From Camelus ferus (Eukaryota), in contig NC_045696.1 in NCBI RefSeq assembly GCF_009834535.1, positions 122,080,001 to 122,144,000 of the forward strand: 64,000 nt of DNA, in the 5' to 3' direction. Positions within the stretch are counted from its first letter, which is position 1, and each line of letters opens with the position of its first letter. The position numbers and the translations under genes were made by a program. A model generated the notes under the pieces. The model was given only the letters and a program-made list of their open reading frames with translations, did no database searches and had not been told where the DNA came from. Of this stretch, positions 13,498 to 26,451 are shown piece by piece.

Positions 13498-15194
13498 GCA
13501 GGGAATACCCCTCCATGAGGCCTGAGGAATTTGTGGCCCAAATAGGAAGGAGTGGGGAGGAAAGAAGAAGGAAGATTCGAACAGTGAGTGGCCAATAGGG
13601 AAGAAAGTATACAGGGATTATTTTGTCTCCTAAACTTTATTCTCATCAAATGTTACCTCCCTAGAAGATAATCACATTTTCCAAAATTTACATCTAACTT
13701 AACAAATCCACAAAGTAAAGAAATAGACAAAGTCTTCTATGTACAAAATATTCATGTATACTTGTCATAATACAAATATTCACATTTTTTTAAGATGCAG
13801 AATGTAAATGTGACTTATGTCATCATACTTACAAAGACAATAATGCCTCCAAGTCTTCCTGCCTGATGACTTGTCTCTCTGTTTGATGGGGTCTAGCTGG
13901 TACAGAAAGCAAGCAAAACTCTCCACGATTGTGACCCTGGTGTCTCATCTCCCCAGACCTGGAAATGTGTGCACTGTCACTGGGCCATTTGGAAATACTT
14001 AACAGTGTTAACCAACGGAGGAAGGAGATTCAATAACTATTAGTGGGATTTACTCAGACTGATGCTGACCCTGAACAAAAAGCTGGTTTCCGCATACCCA
14101 GCTCTTCCCTGGGCTGCTTCCCTGATCAAGTACACAAACATTTGTTTTGATGATACTTAGTGATATTTTTGCCTGCGTAGATCAACAGGTTACTACCAGC
14201 AACACAAGAGTTGTCAAATTAACTTGTAATTGGTGTGCACACACACAGACTTCCACAGCCTTAAACTATATCATTAAATCAAAAAGCTATTGCGTTAACA
14301 CAGGACATTCCTTCTTAAGACTTGGATTTATGTGGATTTCTGAGCAAATGTTTATCTCCACTTCTAGGTAAGAAAGTTTACCAGAAGGTCTATAATACTA
14401 CCTTCAAATATGAAGATCAAATTTTGTTTCTCTTTCAAGCATTAAGAAAGGAGTTCTCAAAAATGCGTATTTTCATTTTCTCATCTTCCAATTTTAGTTT
14501 CTCAAATAGTAGTAAAATGTTATGATTTTCTACAGAAAGTGTATTAACATGATTCACACAATTGATTAAATCTTATAGGTCTCTATAGTCCTACTTCCTT
14601 CCCCATTGGCCAAAGATGTTCCTGTATTGACCCCTATTTTATTTACTTCTTCACAGCAAGCTGGGACCATTCACTCAAATACCTGCAAGTGCCAAACTTA
14701 AATTTTTACACATCCATTTGCTTTGCATAATGCCCTGATCAGCATTGTTTTTAGCAAACTAGAACCTCCCTGCATTCCATACACAGCAAAACATTTGCAA
14801 GCCATAGATAAGAACTACCTTAGGACTACAAAAGACCCCCAGTGGCTGCCCTTCAGAGTTCTCTGCCCTGGAGAACCCCCAGCTGTGCAGCTGAAGGATG
14901 CCACCTAGGCCTGAGAGGCCCCTCCTCATGGTCCCTCTTCTCCAGGGGTTTCTTTACCCTCATTGCCCTCTGGGGTGACTCTGATCCCCTGCTCCTGAAG
15001 TCTCCTGATGGGAGGTAAAGGGCTTCCTGCTTATAATACTAACCTAACCCAAAGAAAGCTCCCCATGCACCCCTGCTCCCTAATGATCCTGGCATTTTTC
15101 TTGATCACCCCTGAAATCCTTGAACTCATTACCCCTTCTCAAGTTTCAAGGGTTTTGAAAAAACTGAATGTGATTTTTACAATATCTTGCACTA

Positions 15195-16095
15195 CACTAA
15201 GCTACTGCTGCACCCTTATTAGAATGGCAGAAAGAAAAAAAAAAAAGTAAAATGACAGCACTAGTGTTCCTGGAAATGCCATGTAACAAGGACTCATACA
15301 TCACTGGTGGGAAGTAGGAATACTGTACAGCTGCTGAGGTGAACAGTTTGGCACTTTCTTATAAGGTTAAACACTCACTACCATATGACCTAATGATGCT
15401 ATTCTTGAGAATTTACCACGGGGAATGAAATCTTATTACCTCATAGAATGAAACATAAATCTTATATATGAATGCTCATAGCAACTTTATCCATAGTCAT
15501 AAAAAAGTGGGAATAACTCAAATGTTTTTAAGTAAGTGGGTACATAAACAGACTTTGGTACGTCTGCGTATTTGGATACCACTCAGCAATAAGAAGAATG
15601 GACTATGACTCCATGCAGTCGTTGGCTAGATCACAAAGATATACTGGGTGAAAGGACCCAGTCTCTAAAGCTCATGTAATGCACGATTCCTTTATATGAT
15701 GCTCTTGGAAAGAAAAACCGTAATGATAAAGAATTGATCAATGGTTGTCAGAGTTTGGGATGGGGGAAGTCTGATTAAAAAGGAATAGCATGGTGGGGGA
15801 GGGTATAGCTCAAAGTGGTAGGGCACGTGCTTAGTATGCACGGGGTCCTGGGTTCAGTTCCCAGTACCTCCTCTAAAAAGTAAATAAATAAATAAACCTA
15901 AGTACCCCCCCCCAAAAAAAACCCCTAACTTAAAAAAAAAGGAATAGCATGAAGGAGGTTTTGGGGGTCATGGAACCCTTTAGTATCTTAATTGTAAGGG
16001 TGATTATACAAATCTACCCCTTTGTTAAAATTCTTAGAAATGCAAACACACAACAAATTTTACTGTATACTACCTTGAAAATAAAAATTAAAATT
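15195..16095 (+). mobile_element. Old LINE-1 3' fragment (end of ORF2 plus 3' UTR), interrupted by a SINE
   Basis: Typical L1M 3' motifs: CCTTATTAGAATGGC, AACAGTTTGGCA, ACCATATGACC, ATGCTCATAGCAACTTTAT, ACTCAGCAATAAGAAGAATG, ATGATTCC-like, ending in AAATAAAAATTAAA. Confidence 0.75.
15793..15935 (+). mobile_element. Full-length camelid-type tRNA-Ala-derived SINE (vic-1-like)
   Basis: A box TATAGCTCAAAGTGG, B box GGTTCAGTTCC, tail AAATAAATAAACCTAAGTACCCCCC-An. Perfect 16-bp TSD AAAAAGGAATAGCATG at 15777-15792 and 15936-15951, at a TT/AAAA L1-endonuclease site. Confidence 0.92.
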
Positions 16096-16619
16096 ATTTG
16101 AATGAGAGTAGAAAGCAGTATTATTAAAATTATATTTATAATATTTTTCTCCTTGAGTTGTGTATTTGCCTATTACCTTTGAGAAACACCGTCTGCATAA
16201 GTCAGCGTTGAAACAGCCCGATAGTATCGTCCCTGTACATCGATTTCACACCATGATTCTCAAGTTTTGCAATGGCTTTTATGTTTCTATTTTAATGGAA
16301 TCTCTCACTGAATCTAAAACTCTTAATTATCTCACAAGAGGTATTTTAAATTGTGAGTTATATGGTTTGCACGTGTAACTTTGTATATTTTTAAATTATC
16401 ATTATTATGTGTTGTCAGTAGGTCAGATTTTTAACATATGCACACCCTCCAATGTCATAGTTACAGTTAATTTTGCTGCCAGTTTCTATTTTATGATTCA
16501 ATAGTTAAGCTTTTTTCTTGATTTGCAAATATGCAAAATGATATTTTTTTCATAACGGAGTTAATTTCTTTCATCTGGGTGACTGCAGGAGAATTTTAAC
16601 CAAACTCTCTCCTTCTCCC

Positions 16620-17215
16620 TCAGCCCTGCTGCCTTCCACTCACACCACATCAGCCAGAATGATCCTTCCAAGCTTGTCAGACCACATTACTCCTCTGCTC
16701 AAAAGGCTTTGGGGGCTCTCTATTTCACAGTCAAAATTAAAGTCCTTCAGCTGCGTGCCGAGGACCTGACTCCTGTATTTTTCTGACGTCATCCCATAGG
16801 ACTCCCACCCCAGACACACCCCGATGTTAGGGATGTTGCACTAGCTCTTTCTTTTGTCTGGAACCTTCTTCCCCAACATCTGCCATCACTAAATGCCTTA
16901 CACCTTCAAAGTTTTGCCCAAATATCACTTTCTCCATATCTCTGTTGACCACCTTGTATAAAATTGGTACATCCAGTCACTCAGCATTTGCTCATCTTCT
17001 CCTGCTGCTTTGCTGTTTTCTGTTTTTATTCACTTACCATTTATTAACACAAAATAATGTATTTTATTTATGTTTAGTTATTATTTCTCTACATATCCAC
17101 TAGAATGTAACCCCTATGAGAGCAGAAATATGGATCTGTTTCATTCACTTATGTTTCCAAGTGCCTGGTATAATGCCCAACACACAGGTGCCCAACACAT
17201 ATTTGCTCAGTGAAG
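16620..17215. mobile_element. LINE-2 3' fragment
   Basis: L2-like motifs: CAGCCAGAATGATCCTT, ACTCCTCTGCTCAAAA, CCACTAGAATGTAA, TTCCAAGTGCCTGG..ACACAGGTGCCCAACACATATTTGCT. Confidence 0.6.
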
Positions 17216-19296
17216 GAGGACAATGGATGCATTCATTTGTGCATAAAATATTTTCTATTGCACATAAAATATAATAGGTTATGATTAAATATTGGGTAAA
17301 ATGCTTATAAAAAGAGTTTACTTTCTTGAAACGTGTCAAAATATTATAACAATTTTGTGATTAAACATACAAAATACAAAGAATAATGTAAGTTAAAAAT
17401 GCAAAAAATAATATAAAGAACCACTGAATCTGAAACATTTGGGGTATACGTCAAATTACCTCATAAGTGTATAATGTATGCTTTTAAAAGTTTTGATTCC
17501 TAGTAACCATGTGATTTGTTTTCTTCATCTTTATCCTAAAGTCCATTTTTTTTCAGATTTCAATTATGTTTTCAATTTTTTCTAGCCTATTGGATTCCCA
17601 TAAATGGATGTAAATTGTTATGTAGCATAACTCTACACAATAATACAGATTTCCTTCAGTGCATAAATCATTCAAAAGTGCACATGTGCATGCATTTTAA
17701 CTGAAAGTTTAGACTTACAGCCAAGAGCCTGGAGGCATGGGAGATATGCAGCCAAGAAGAGTTTATGAGACAGTTTGTTGGGGCTAAATGAAAAGGTAAA
17801 AAGGGTGGATTTTAAAAATATTTCTCCTCGACTTTCACTTTCTTTTTACTGGTGTTGACTTTTTTTCCTTGACATTTATTTAATGTTAAGTTTATGGCCC
17901 TAAAACATAGCAAATTATTTTGTCTGTCTTAAAGGATGTCTGAGTTGTAATCAATGGTCAAAAATTTCCCAAACCCTGTCAAGTATGTCTGTAAAAATTG
18001 AAAATAAGACTAGAATTTAGAGTACCACTAAATCCCAAATTTGAATTTCTACCAACAGCAAAGCTAATGGAACCAGGATAAAAACACTTTATCTTTATAT
18101 CATCTAAAAAATGATGGGGGGGGTCACATCATGCATTTTCTAACTTTAGACACCTAAATTAGCAGCCCAAAGTCTATATTTACATGTTGCCTCTAAATAG
18201 ATCAGAGCCCTATCTCTGCTCAACACCTTCCTTGCCCCAGTCTTGTTCCAGGTATTGGGAAATGGCCAGCTCCCTAAAAGGCTTTTTGTGAGGATACAGG
18301 AGCACAGTCTCCAAACTTCATCTTCCACACCCTCTGTAGGTTCACAGTGTGAAAGTAAGATCATTTGGTGAAAGGATCAAAACTGACCACAGCAGTGCAG
18401 AGTCTCCACGGAAGTCTAACAAGAACCATTGGCAATTCTGGGGACTTAGCTTTTGGTCCAGGTGAGGGACTGAGCACTGCATCCAGCCACCACCCACATG
18501 GGGAGAGAGAGCGCAGCAGGAGCAGTCACAGAGCTGATAATTACAAAGTTCTGAACTGGAGTAGCTTTCACTTCTTTAAGTGATGTTGAAAAAAACCAAA
18601 ACAACAACAATAATTTGTGACTAAGTGATGCAAAAACAGAGAAAATAACTTGTCTTGAATGCTGAGACATAGAACTGAGAAAATAATATTTCTGTATGAA
18701 TAAGTAAAATTTCTTACCATCCAAGAACATCTGCCATCTATAAAATGGAAAGAAAAACACCAATAGGAAAAAACAAGATATAAAGCAGAATGAAATGGAA
18801 AAGGAGAAGAATGACATAAGCTAGAATTCATGGACAAATAAAAACAATGAAATTTGTAACACAGTTAGAAAGAACATAATTAACATGGCAAAAAAAATCA
18901 AATTAAAAAAAAGATGAACCAGAGAAATTGTTTCTAATATCAAAAGAAAAGCATACAATTTGAGAAAGAAAAAATGTAATAGGACAGAAAATTAGCAAAA
19001 AAAAAAAAAATTCAAAAATGACTTTTACTGTCCTAGACAAAGTGGAAAATATGATAGACAAAACAAATCAAAATAATTGTTCCAGTTCATTATTATCTTG
19101 TCATGTAAAATTATTTATTTATCATATGTTTCCAAATAACATTAATAAGAGTAAGAATTGGGAATAAGAATGGGAATTGAAGTAATAGAGACAATAAATA
19201 TGAGTTAAATATTTTATGGAATAATTTTATATGTATTGTTTTTATAGCAGATTCGGTAAAAATGATGTCTCATTACCAACAATTAGAAATACACAT

Positions 19297-19572
19297 ACTT
19301 GTGGTTGCCGGGGGGAGGGAGGTGGGAAGGGATAATCTGGGAGTTTGAGATCTGCAGACACTGACTGGTATATACAAAACAGATGAACACGCTTACACTG
19401 TATAGCACAGGGAGATATATTCAATATCTTGTAGTAGCTCAAGGTGAAAAGGAATACGAAAATGAATATATGTGTGTTCATGTGTGACATTGTGCTGTAT
19501 GTCAGAAATTGACACAACATTGTAAACTCACTGTACCTCAATAAAAAAAATGATATGGTAGATATGAAAAAA
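19297..19572 (+). mobile_element. 5'-truncated, relatively young LINE-1 3' UTR
   Basis: GTGGTTGCCGGGGGAGGG..GGGAGTTTGAGAT..CTGTATAGCACAGGG..AAATTGACACAACATTGTAAACT..CAATAAAAAAAA. TSD AGAAATACACATACTT (19285-19300) / AGAAATACATATACTT (19573-19588), 15 of 16 identical. Confidence 0.85.
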
Positions 19573-19870
19573 AGAAATACATATACTTTAAAGAATGTAT
19601 TCAAAAAAAATCAGTGGTAGGATTAAGTATGGGATGAATTATTTTCCAAAATGTGACGTGAAGTACAGGTAACAAAAAGCAAAGAATGCAAACTGAACTT
19701 AAATAGGAGAAAAGGAACTTGGCCCTGTGATCCTTCACCATCATGAGTGTATCTGATGCCTCAAGCATCAGATTATATCAGTTTATACCTACAGTATGTG
19801 TACATCAAATATACACATTTATTTAGCTTTTCTACTCATCTTCAACAGGAGATGGTCCAATGGTCCAGAC

Positions 19871-20001
19871 CAGGGTCAGCAAACTTTTCCTGTGAAGGGC
19901 CAGGTGGTGGACATTCGAGGCTGTGGGACAGTCTCGGTCACACACCCGGCTGTGTGCTGTAACACTGCCGCACATCAGCGAGGGGCTGGGACTGGGTCCC
20001 A
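19871..20001. mobile_element. MER58A-like hAT MITE fragment, truncated at the HERC2 exon
   Basis: Terminal CAGGGTCAGCAAACTTTTCCTGTGAAGGGCCAG matches the recalled MER58A end. The second terminus is absent. Confidence 0.65.
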
Positions 20002-20002
20002 G

Positions 20003-20166
20003 GTTTATTGAAATTGTGATAAAGCAGTGCAGGAGCTCAGGAATTGATTGTAAAATCCATGGCCTCACCCTGCTGGGACGGATCCGTGCAGAGGAGGAGG
20101 TTCTGGCTGCCATTCCTTTCTTAGCTTCAGATAATGAAGAGAAGATGAAAAAGGCAGCAGTGGGAG
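20003..20166 (+). pseudogene. HERC2: HERC2 exon remnant (DOC domain C-terminus)
   Basis: FIEIVIKQCRSSGIDCKIHGLTLLGRIRAEEEVLAAIPFLASDNE, then a frameshift in the GAA/GAG run, then EDEKGSSG in the shifted frame. GTGAG donor at 20167. The acceptor AG has no polypyrimidine tract. Confidence 0.92.
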
Positions 20167-22544
20167 GTGAGAGCTGTTGCTGTTGGTGGTGCTCATGCCA
20201 GAGCTCTTCCTTTCAAAAGCCAGTGTCTAATTAGTGTGCATCTCATAATGATAACAGATTTGTGCCCACAGGACTATTCAGTAAATATTAGTTGAGTGTT
20301 CAAAAATTATAATTTAATTTAATTTAATTTAGGAAAATAGTTAATGTAGGAACATACGGTATTTAGAGAAATACCATTTAAAAGGGAAAATAATTTTCTA
20401 TCTGAAATGTCACATTAATATTTTGATACACATCCTTGTACTTTCCTTTTTTATTTGTCCCTGATTGTGTTTTCCTATGGAGGTGATATGGTATGTATTT
20501 TACAGCCTTTTGTGCTAAGTGTTTTATTATTAGTTTTTAAATAAAAAGTTATTTATTGTAATAAAGTACACATAAAATTTACCATATAACCATTTTTACA
20601 AGTGTAGTTCAGTGGCATTAAGTATGTTTGCATCACTGTGCAATTTTGGGCAACAGTCCATCTTCAGAATGTCCGTATCATCCATCTTCTGTTGTATAAA
20701 TTTATTGAGTGCCAGATTTCATCTTACGATTATGTTCTCATCTGCTTATTCAGGTCCTCAGTTTGTATGAGGCCTGTGGTGACAGCTGTTCCTGTATTTA
20801 ATCACACACCATGTGTCTAGTGAATGCTGACTGTAGGCTGAGCTCTGTTCTCTGTCCTGCAGTTGCCGTCATGACCATGCAGGATAAAACTAGACAAGCA
20901 CACACACATCAGAGTGGCCTCTTGGCTGTGGGAAGTGCACGGGGGAGACACGCCTGGTGCTCTGAGAGGCTGCAGAAGTGTGCTGAGCTGTCAGGAGAAG
21001 GAAGGCTCTCCTCCTCAGGGCAGAGTGGGCAGGAGAGGGTGTTGACAGGGGAGTGGCCCATACCACGGGTGAAGACAGGGGTCTGCCAGGTCTGTACACA
21101 TTTGCTTCTTATTCCCAGACCCTGTGGTTGGGCCCTTGCAGATGTGCACCAGAGGCAGGTCCCAGTGCCAGAGGAGCTCTGCTGGTCTCTGCCCTGAGCA
21201 CTGAATGCTTTCTAGGGTGTGATGTCAGAAACCTGTCTCTTTGACACAAAGGAACCTAACCCTGCACTGCTATGAAGCACATACTCTTAGTTGTGAATGG
21301 GTGGCCACTGCGGTCATTCCAGCTCATTCCAGGGATCTTGGGTTTGGATCCTGTCTTGTTTTATTCTGGAAGCTTTGCAAAGAAGTTGAAAGGAAAATAA
21401 TATTTATAACACTGCCTTATCTAGAATATACAGTTATATCACATGTTATCATTCAAACCGATAGTGTCTACATGCATTAATTTAATTAATGAGACCTCCA
21501 GTTCACTTCAATAAATCATAGAGATTTTTAAGAGAAAGGATTACAGATTCAGACTTTCTTATTCAGTAGCAACTAAGATCAACTGGGCAAATAAAATTAA
21601 TACATATGTGTATGGAAAATAACCAGAAAAGTTTGGGTTTACTCATAGATGGAATTTTTATGCAGTTGAGTAGATTCACAGAAGAAATTCTGGATATTTG
21701 AGTGTAATTTTCCTTTCCCTGTCAGGTATCAGTAATCAGCTAATAACCACTGAGTGGCCCTGGGCAGCCTCCCACAGGGCAGGCCCCCAGCCAGGGGGGG
21801 CACCCACACAGACCCCTGCAGGCCCACCTTCCCATGGCTCATGCTTACATGGTACCAGTCATTGCACTTCTCGACACTGGTGGTGTCCCCTGCACAGTTT
21901 TGAGCAACACTATTAAAAAGTATTTCAAGTCGTTACAAAGTATTTCAAGTTGGTCTCCTGTGCCTGATACCAATGAGAGGGTTTTCCTATATTTTTATTC
22001 CCTAGCCGTGAGATTTTGATCCCTTAAATATTCATTAGGATACAACACGTCAAAGAAAAAAATCTTACCTCATCTCTGGAGTCTTCAGTTGTCTGTCCTA
22101 GCTGTACAAAAACAGAACAAAAGCAGACAAAAAGCCAAAACCTCAAACACACAGCATGCAGCAGTTCTTACCACCTCAGCCAAGAACACCTAACACTGTG
22201 CCAGGTAATAGATGGTCTCATCTGGTTCAAGAACCGGAGCGTTTTGTTGACCAGATGTACAGGCCCATCGAGGGCAGGTCAGGAGATAGGACGACTGGGG
22301 TGGTAGGAACCTCGGGGTGCGGGCAGGTCTCCCGGGTGGGGTGGAGGTGGGGACTCCCGCCCAGCTGGCCGGCAGAGTGGGCGGGAGGTGTAGAAGAAGG
22401 AAATTACATTAGGTCTTGGAGCCTGTGTCTGTCAGAGCACTGCAGAGGTCATTAGGGTTATTTTATTTCTTTTCAAATTAAAAAAAAAATTGTTGGTTAC
22501 TTTTTCATATTCTTTGATTTTTTTGAAATCTTTAAAATTTATTT

Positions 22545-22666
22545 ATTTTTGTTTTTTGTGGGGGAGGTAATTAGGTTTGTGTATTTTTAATGGAGGTACT
22601 GGGGCTTGAACCCAGGACCTCTGCATGCTAGGCACGCGTGCTACCTCTGAGTAATACCCTTCCCCC
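22545..22666 (-). mobile_element. Camelid-type tRNA-derived SINE within the HERC2 intron
   Basis: GGGGAGGTAATTAGGTTT..GGAGGTACTGGGGCTTGAACCCAGGACCTC..CTGAGTAATACCCTTCCCC. Confidence 0.85.
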
Positions 22667-24583
22667 AATTTTATTATTTCTTTTGAGGAAAAGTATGACC
22701 AAACAGACTGACCGGGTTTAGGGACATGGCCACAAAGCCAGCTCCAGTGGTGACTCTTGGGGCCACTTAGCCAGTGTTGTCTCCGGCTACATCTGTAGTA
22801 GCTGTATGTTGAGGTGATGGGCGGGAATTGCTCTGACTCAGTAAAAGCTGTCATGTTCAACTTGGTGTACAGGAGGAAAGAACTGTGGTCTTACAAGAAG
22901 AGCACCACCGAATGAAAAAGCTAAAATTAAGTTGTAGTTTTGAAAGGTTGCAAGCTGGTATCTAGAAATTTTGACCCTCTGGAACACTAACTCCTGTGTA
23001 TATCTCAGGATATTAAATTTTGATTTTTTTTCTTGGATTAAAACAAAACTTTAAGAGTTTCTGATAGTAACCAGCAAACTGTGTGTTCTTGAGGTTGCTT
23101 TACTTTTTATTAAAAAAAATATTTTTTTCATTCTAAATGACCTCTATCTCCAAGGTCCCCACCCAGTGCCCCCGCCCTTGCCTCACCCCGCTGCTCCTGG
23201 CCCACACGGGCCCAGCCACTGCCAGGCCTCCTGAGGTTTCTGTGATGCTTTTGCTTTCTACATGTGGTTCTCTAAAATTGACTTTCCTAAAGTACTTCTT
23301 GGCATGAACCACAGACATTCTCAATTTTAGTTTCTGAGAAGCCTCTGTTCCTTGGAAAATAGGGCACTTCAGATACGGTTGCATTATTGCTGTTTTGTAA
23401 ACTAAAGCGTATACTTTTGAAAAGATTTGACAAGCACAGGGGTGAAAACTTGTAGAGGATAATTGTATCTATCTTGCCTTCAATACAGTAAACATTTTTG
23501 CTTCCCGTGAATAAGATAATGTAGTCATAGTACAGGATGAGCGAGATGTGATTTGAAGAACAGATAAAACAAATGATGCATCGGAACTGAGTTGAATTCA
23601 GTGTGGCTCCTAACTGAGGAGCCAGAGAACAGATTCCTCCCAGGGTTCGTGCCTGGAAACAGTTTCTTCTCAGATGAGCGTCTCTGCTGCTTCGTGTTCT
23701 GGGCGGCTTGGCCCGTTGTCAGATCCCTTAGTTACCTGCGTCGTTGAGAAGCTGAAAAGGAAAGTTAGAGCTCATTTTAAGTCTCACTGTTCTAGTGCAA
23801 CAAAAATTACCTTATGCAATTCAGCAGCCATGAATTACATTTGATTCTGAGGCCCCTGTGCTGCATTTGGAGGGGCGTGGGGGCCAGAAGCTCTGGGAGC
23901 CTCTGTCAGGATGGTGTGGGCTGTTGAGGGGGTCCTGAGGGCACGTGGCCCTTTGTGGGGGTTTGCGTGTGAAGGTGGGTTGGCGCTTCGGGGCTGCGAT
24001 GAACATCCTTTCTCCCATGGTGGTGGTGACTGATAGTTTCTGACGCATGGGAATCATAAGGTTTTCTTAGATGGGGGCTTTAATAATTTTACACTAAATC
24101 ACACCCATCTCCAATGGGAAAATTAAGCATATAATTTCTTAGAAAAGACAGAATCAACAGGAGTGAGCAGGGCATGACCTGAAATAAAATGTAGTTCACC
24201 AAATGTTTGTTCATATCCTTACATGATGTGTATTTTATTTTTTGCCTTTTATTATGAGATGTTCAGGTGTACCCAGGTAGGAAGAATAGGGACCCGAGTC
24301 CTCTGGTTCCTCTACCAGCTTCAGCAGTTCCCGGTAGATGGTGTCACTTCTGTCTTTATTTTCTACACCCCCGACCCCTATTTATTTTAAAATAAATCTT
24401 ATTGGATCCTTTCATGCTTAAAATACTTTACTTTGTATCTCTAAGAGAAAAGAACTTTTTTGGTTAATATAACCATGTAAATTAGCAGTAATTCTTTGTA
24501 ACATTTAATAAGATTACTTATAATTTTCAAATGTATAAAATTATCTTTTTTTCTCTTTTGCTTTTTAAAAAATCCCATTTTAG

Positions 24584-24665
24584 ATAAAAGTTCCTTCGTT
24601 CTCTGAGAAATTATCTGCTTTGAAAGTAGTACAGGTGGCTGGTGGTTCGAAAAGTTTATTTGCAG
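24584..24665 (+). pseudogene. HERC2: HERC2 exon remnant, donor inactivated
   Basis: Pyrimidine tract plus TAG, then IKVPSFSEKLSALKVVQVAGGSKSLFA. The donor position reads ATATGA instead of GT. Confidence 0.92.
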
Positions 24666-24768
24666 ATATGACTCCTTTAATGTTAAATGGTTTTTGAATT
24701 GTGCTTAGCACTGAATACATAGTTCTGTTGTGAAAAGTGAATGCTCTGCTCACATTTGTCCCTGGCAG

Positions 24769-24913
24769 TGACCGTGGAAGGGAAGGTGTATGCCTGTGGG
24801 GAAGCCACCAGCGGCCGGCTGGGGCTGGGCCTCTCCAGCGGGATTGTGCCCACCCCTCGGCAGATCACAGCCCTGAGCAGTTACAGTGGTCAAGAAGGTG
24901 GCCATTCACTCAG
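24769..24913 (+). pseudogene. HERC2: HERC2 exon remnant with +1 frameshift
   Basis: VTVEGKVYACGEATSGRLGLGLSSGIVPTPRQITALSSY, an extra A at 24885, then VVKKVAIHS. CAG acceptor and GTACG donor are intact. Confidence 0.93.
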
Positions 24914-26360
24914 GTACGGGGCCAGGGTTGGCACTTGTGTGCAGACAAGCCTGTTGCTCATGCTCTGTAATTAACTCGAGGTCTTAAATAATTTTCCCTA
25001 AAGTACCAATGGATTCTTCAAGTTTTACTTAACTATTAGGAATAAAAATGGAATAATGTACAGCTCCAGGTGGTGTAGAGTTGAATTGTTGTTGCTCCAC
25101 AAGGCTTTTGGGGACCAGTGGTTGTTGGAATCCCAGGCATGTGGGGCATACCCCTCCAAGGAGGGGGTTTCAGTCTTGGAGCTGTGGTGGGGTTTATAGC
25201 ATCTTTGAAATCATCGCCTTCAGTGCCTAAGTATGTGTTATTTTTCTGGGGAAAGAGCCTGTAACTTTCACGAGATTCCCAGTGTCTGTGTATCCCAGTG
25301 ATTAGAAAGAACCTTTTACAAAAGTCATACCCCTTCAGTTCAGGAAACTTAACTATTATTTCCAACCATGATATGAGGCCTCTGAGGAATGAACTGAATT
25401 AGATACAACAGACTCAGTTCATCTCTGTACTGAATAGGGTTAGATTTCACCCCTTATAACAGAAAAATCCAAACAGTAGCAACTTGAGCAAGACAGAGTT
25501 TAGCTTTAGTCTGCTGTAAAAGCCTGAAGGTGGGGTCCAGAGCCAGTGCGGCAGCTCGAGTGCCCCCGGGGAGTGCTGGCCTGCTGTCCACCCTCGCTGA
25601 GAGACGTCCCTGCAGCTGCAGGTGAGCACACGAGACAGATGCTTCCTCAGGCCCAGTTCGACCTGTCCGAGAGCTTTTCTGGAAGCCTTACTCACTTCTG
25701 TTGTGCATCTCTGCCACTGTGCTCTCTGGGCAGGGGAGCCAGGGAAGTGTGAGCTTTAGCAGAGCACATGGCCCTCGATCACGTGGGCTCTAGCAGGTGG
25801 TGGGATGAGTGTTGGAGGCCGGGAGCCTAGGAGCTGGCAGTCACTGCTCAGAGGAAACCCTCCTCAGTCCTGAGTGGGGTGGATAGCCTGGGAGGACAGA
25901 CCATGCTGGGGGAGGAGCGTGAGCGGGTTGTTTGGGGAGAGTGAGCATAGTGCCTTAACTGCAGTCGATGGTACTTTTGCTTACATAATCCCACTGCATT
26001 TCTCCAAAGCCTGATTGCCTCTGCATTTGACAATTTGCCTGATCACAAAGGTACTTATTTTTACTTTTTTCATCTGAATTTTGATCTTTTCTGTATTTGA
26101 CATAGCAGCAACCCCATTAAATAAATAGCATTATTTTGCCACTTCTTGGCAAGTAAAATTCTTTCTGGGGTTTCCACTTTGTAGTTTAATAATCATTCAC
26201 TTATTTTATGTACTTGATGCCCTGAAATGCTGACCCTCTTTACTCATTTATTCAGCACAGATTCATTGAGTCCATACTGGCTGCCAGGCACAGTGGGTAG
26301 TTATGCCGTTAACCTCTGGGCAGCCAGCTCGGGCAGCCCCTGTGTGTGTGAATGCTGCAG

Positions 26361-26451
26361 GTGGGCAGCACGCTGCGGCTTTAACCGTCGATGGGAAAGT
26401 GTTTTCTTGGGGTGAAGGTGATGATGGCAAACTCGGACACTTCAGCAGACT
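26361..26451 (+). pseudogene. HERC2: HERC2 exon remnant, donor inactivated
   Basis: [30 protein letters not shown] (RCC1 repeat). The donor position reads TTAAGA instead of GTAAGA. Confidence 0.92.

Noticed and set aside
13246..13649. F/L/S-rich and K/E/R-rich ORFs in the track
   Set aside because: They are translations of the GA-rich simple repeat.
15793..15870. tRNA-Ala-like sequence
   Set aside because: It has a SINE tail and a TSD and there are multiple diverged copies, so it is a SINE head rather than a tRNA gene.
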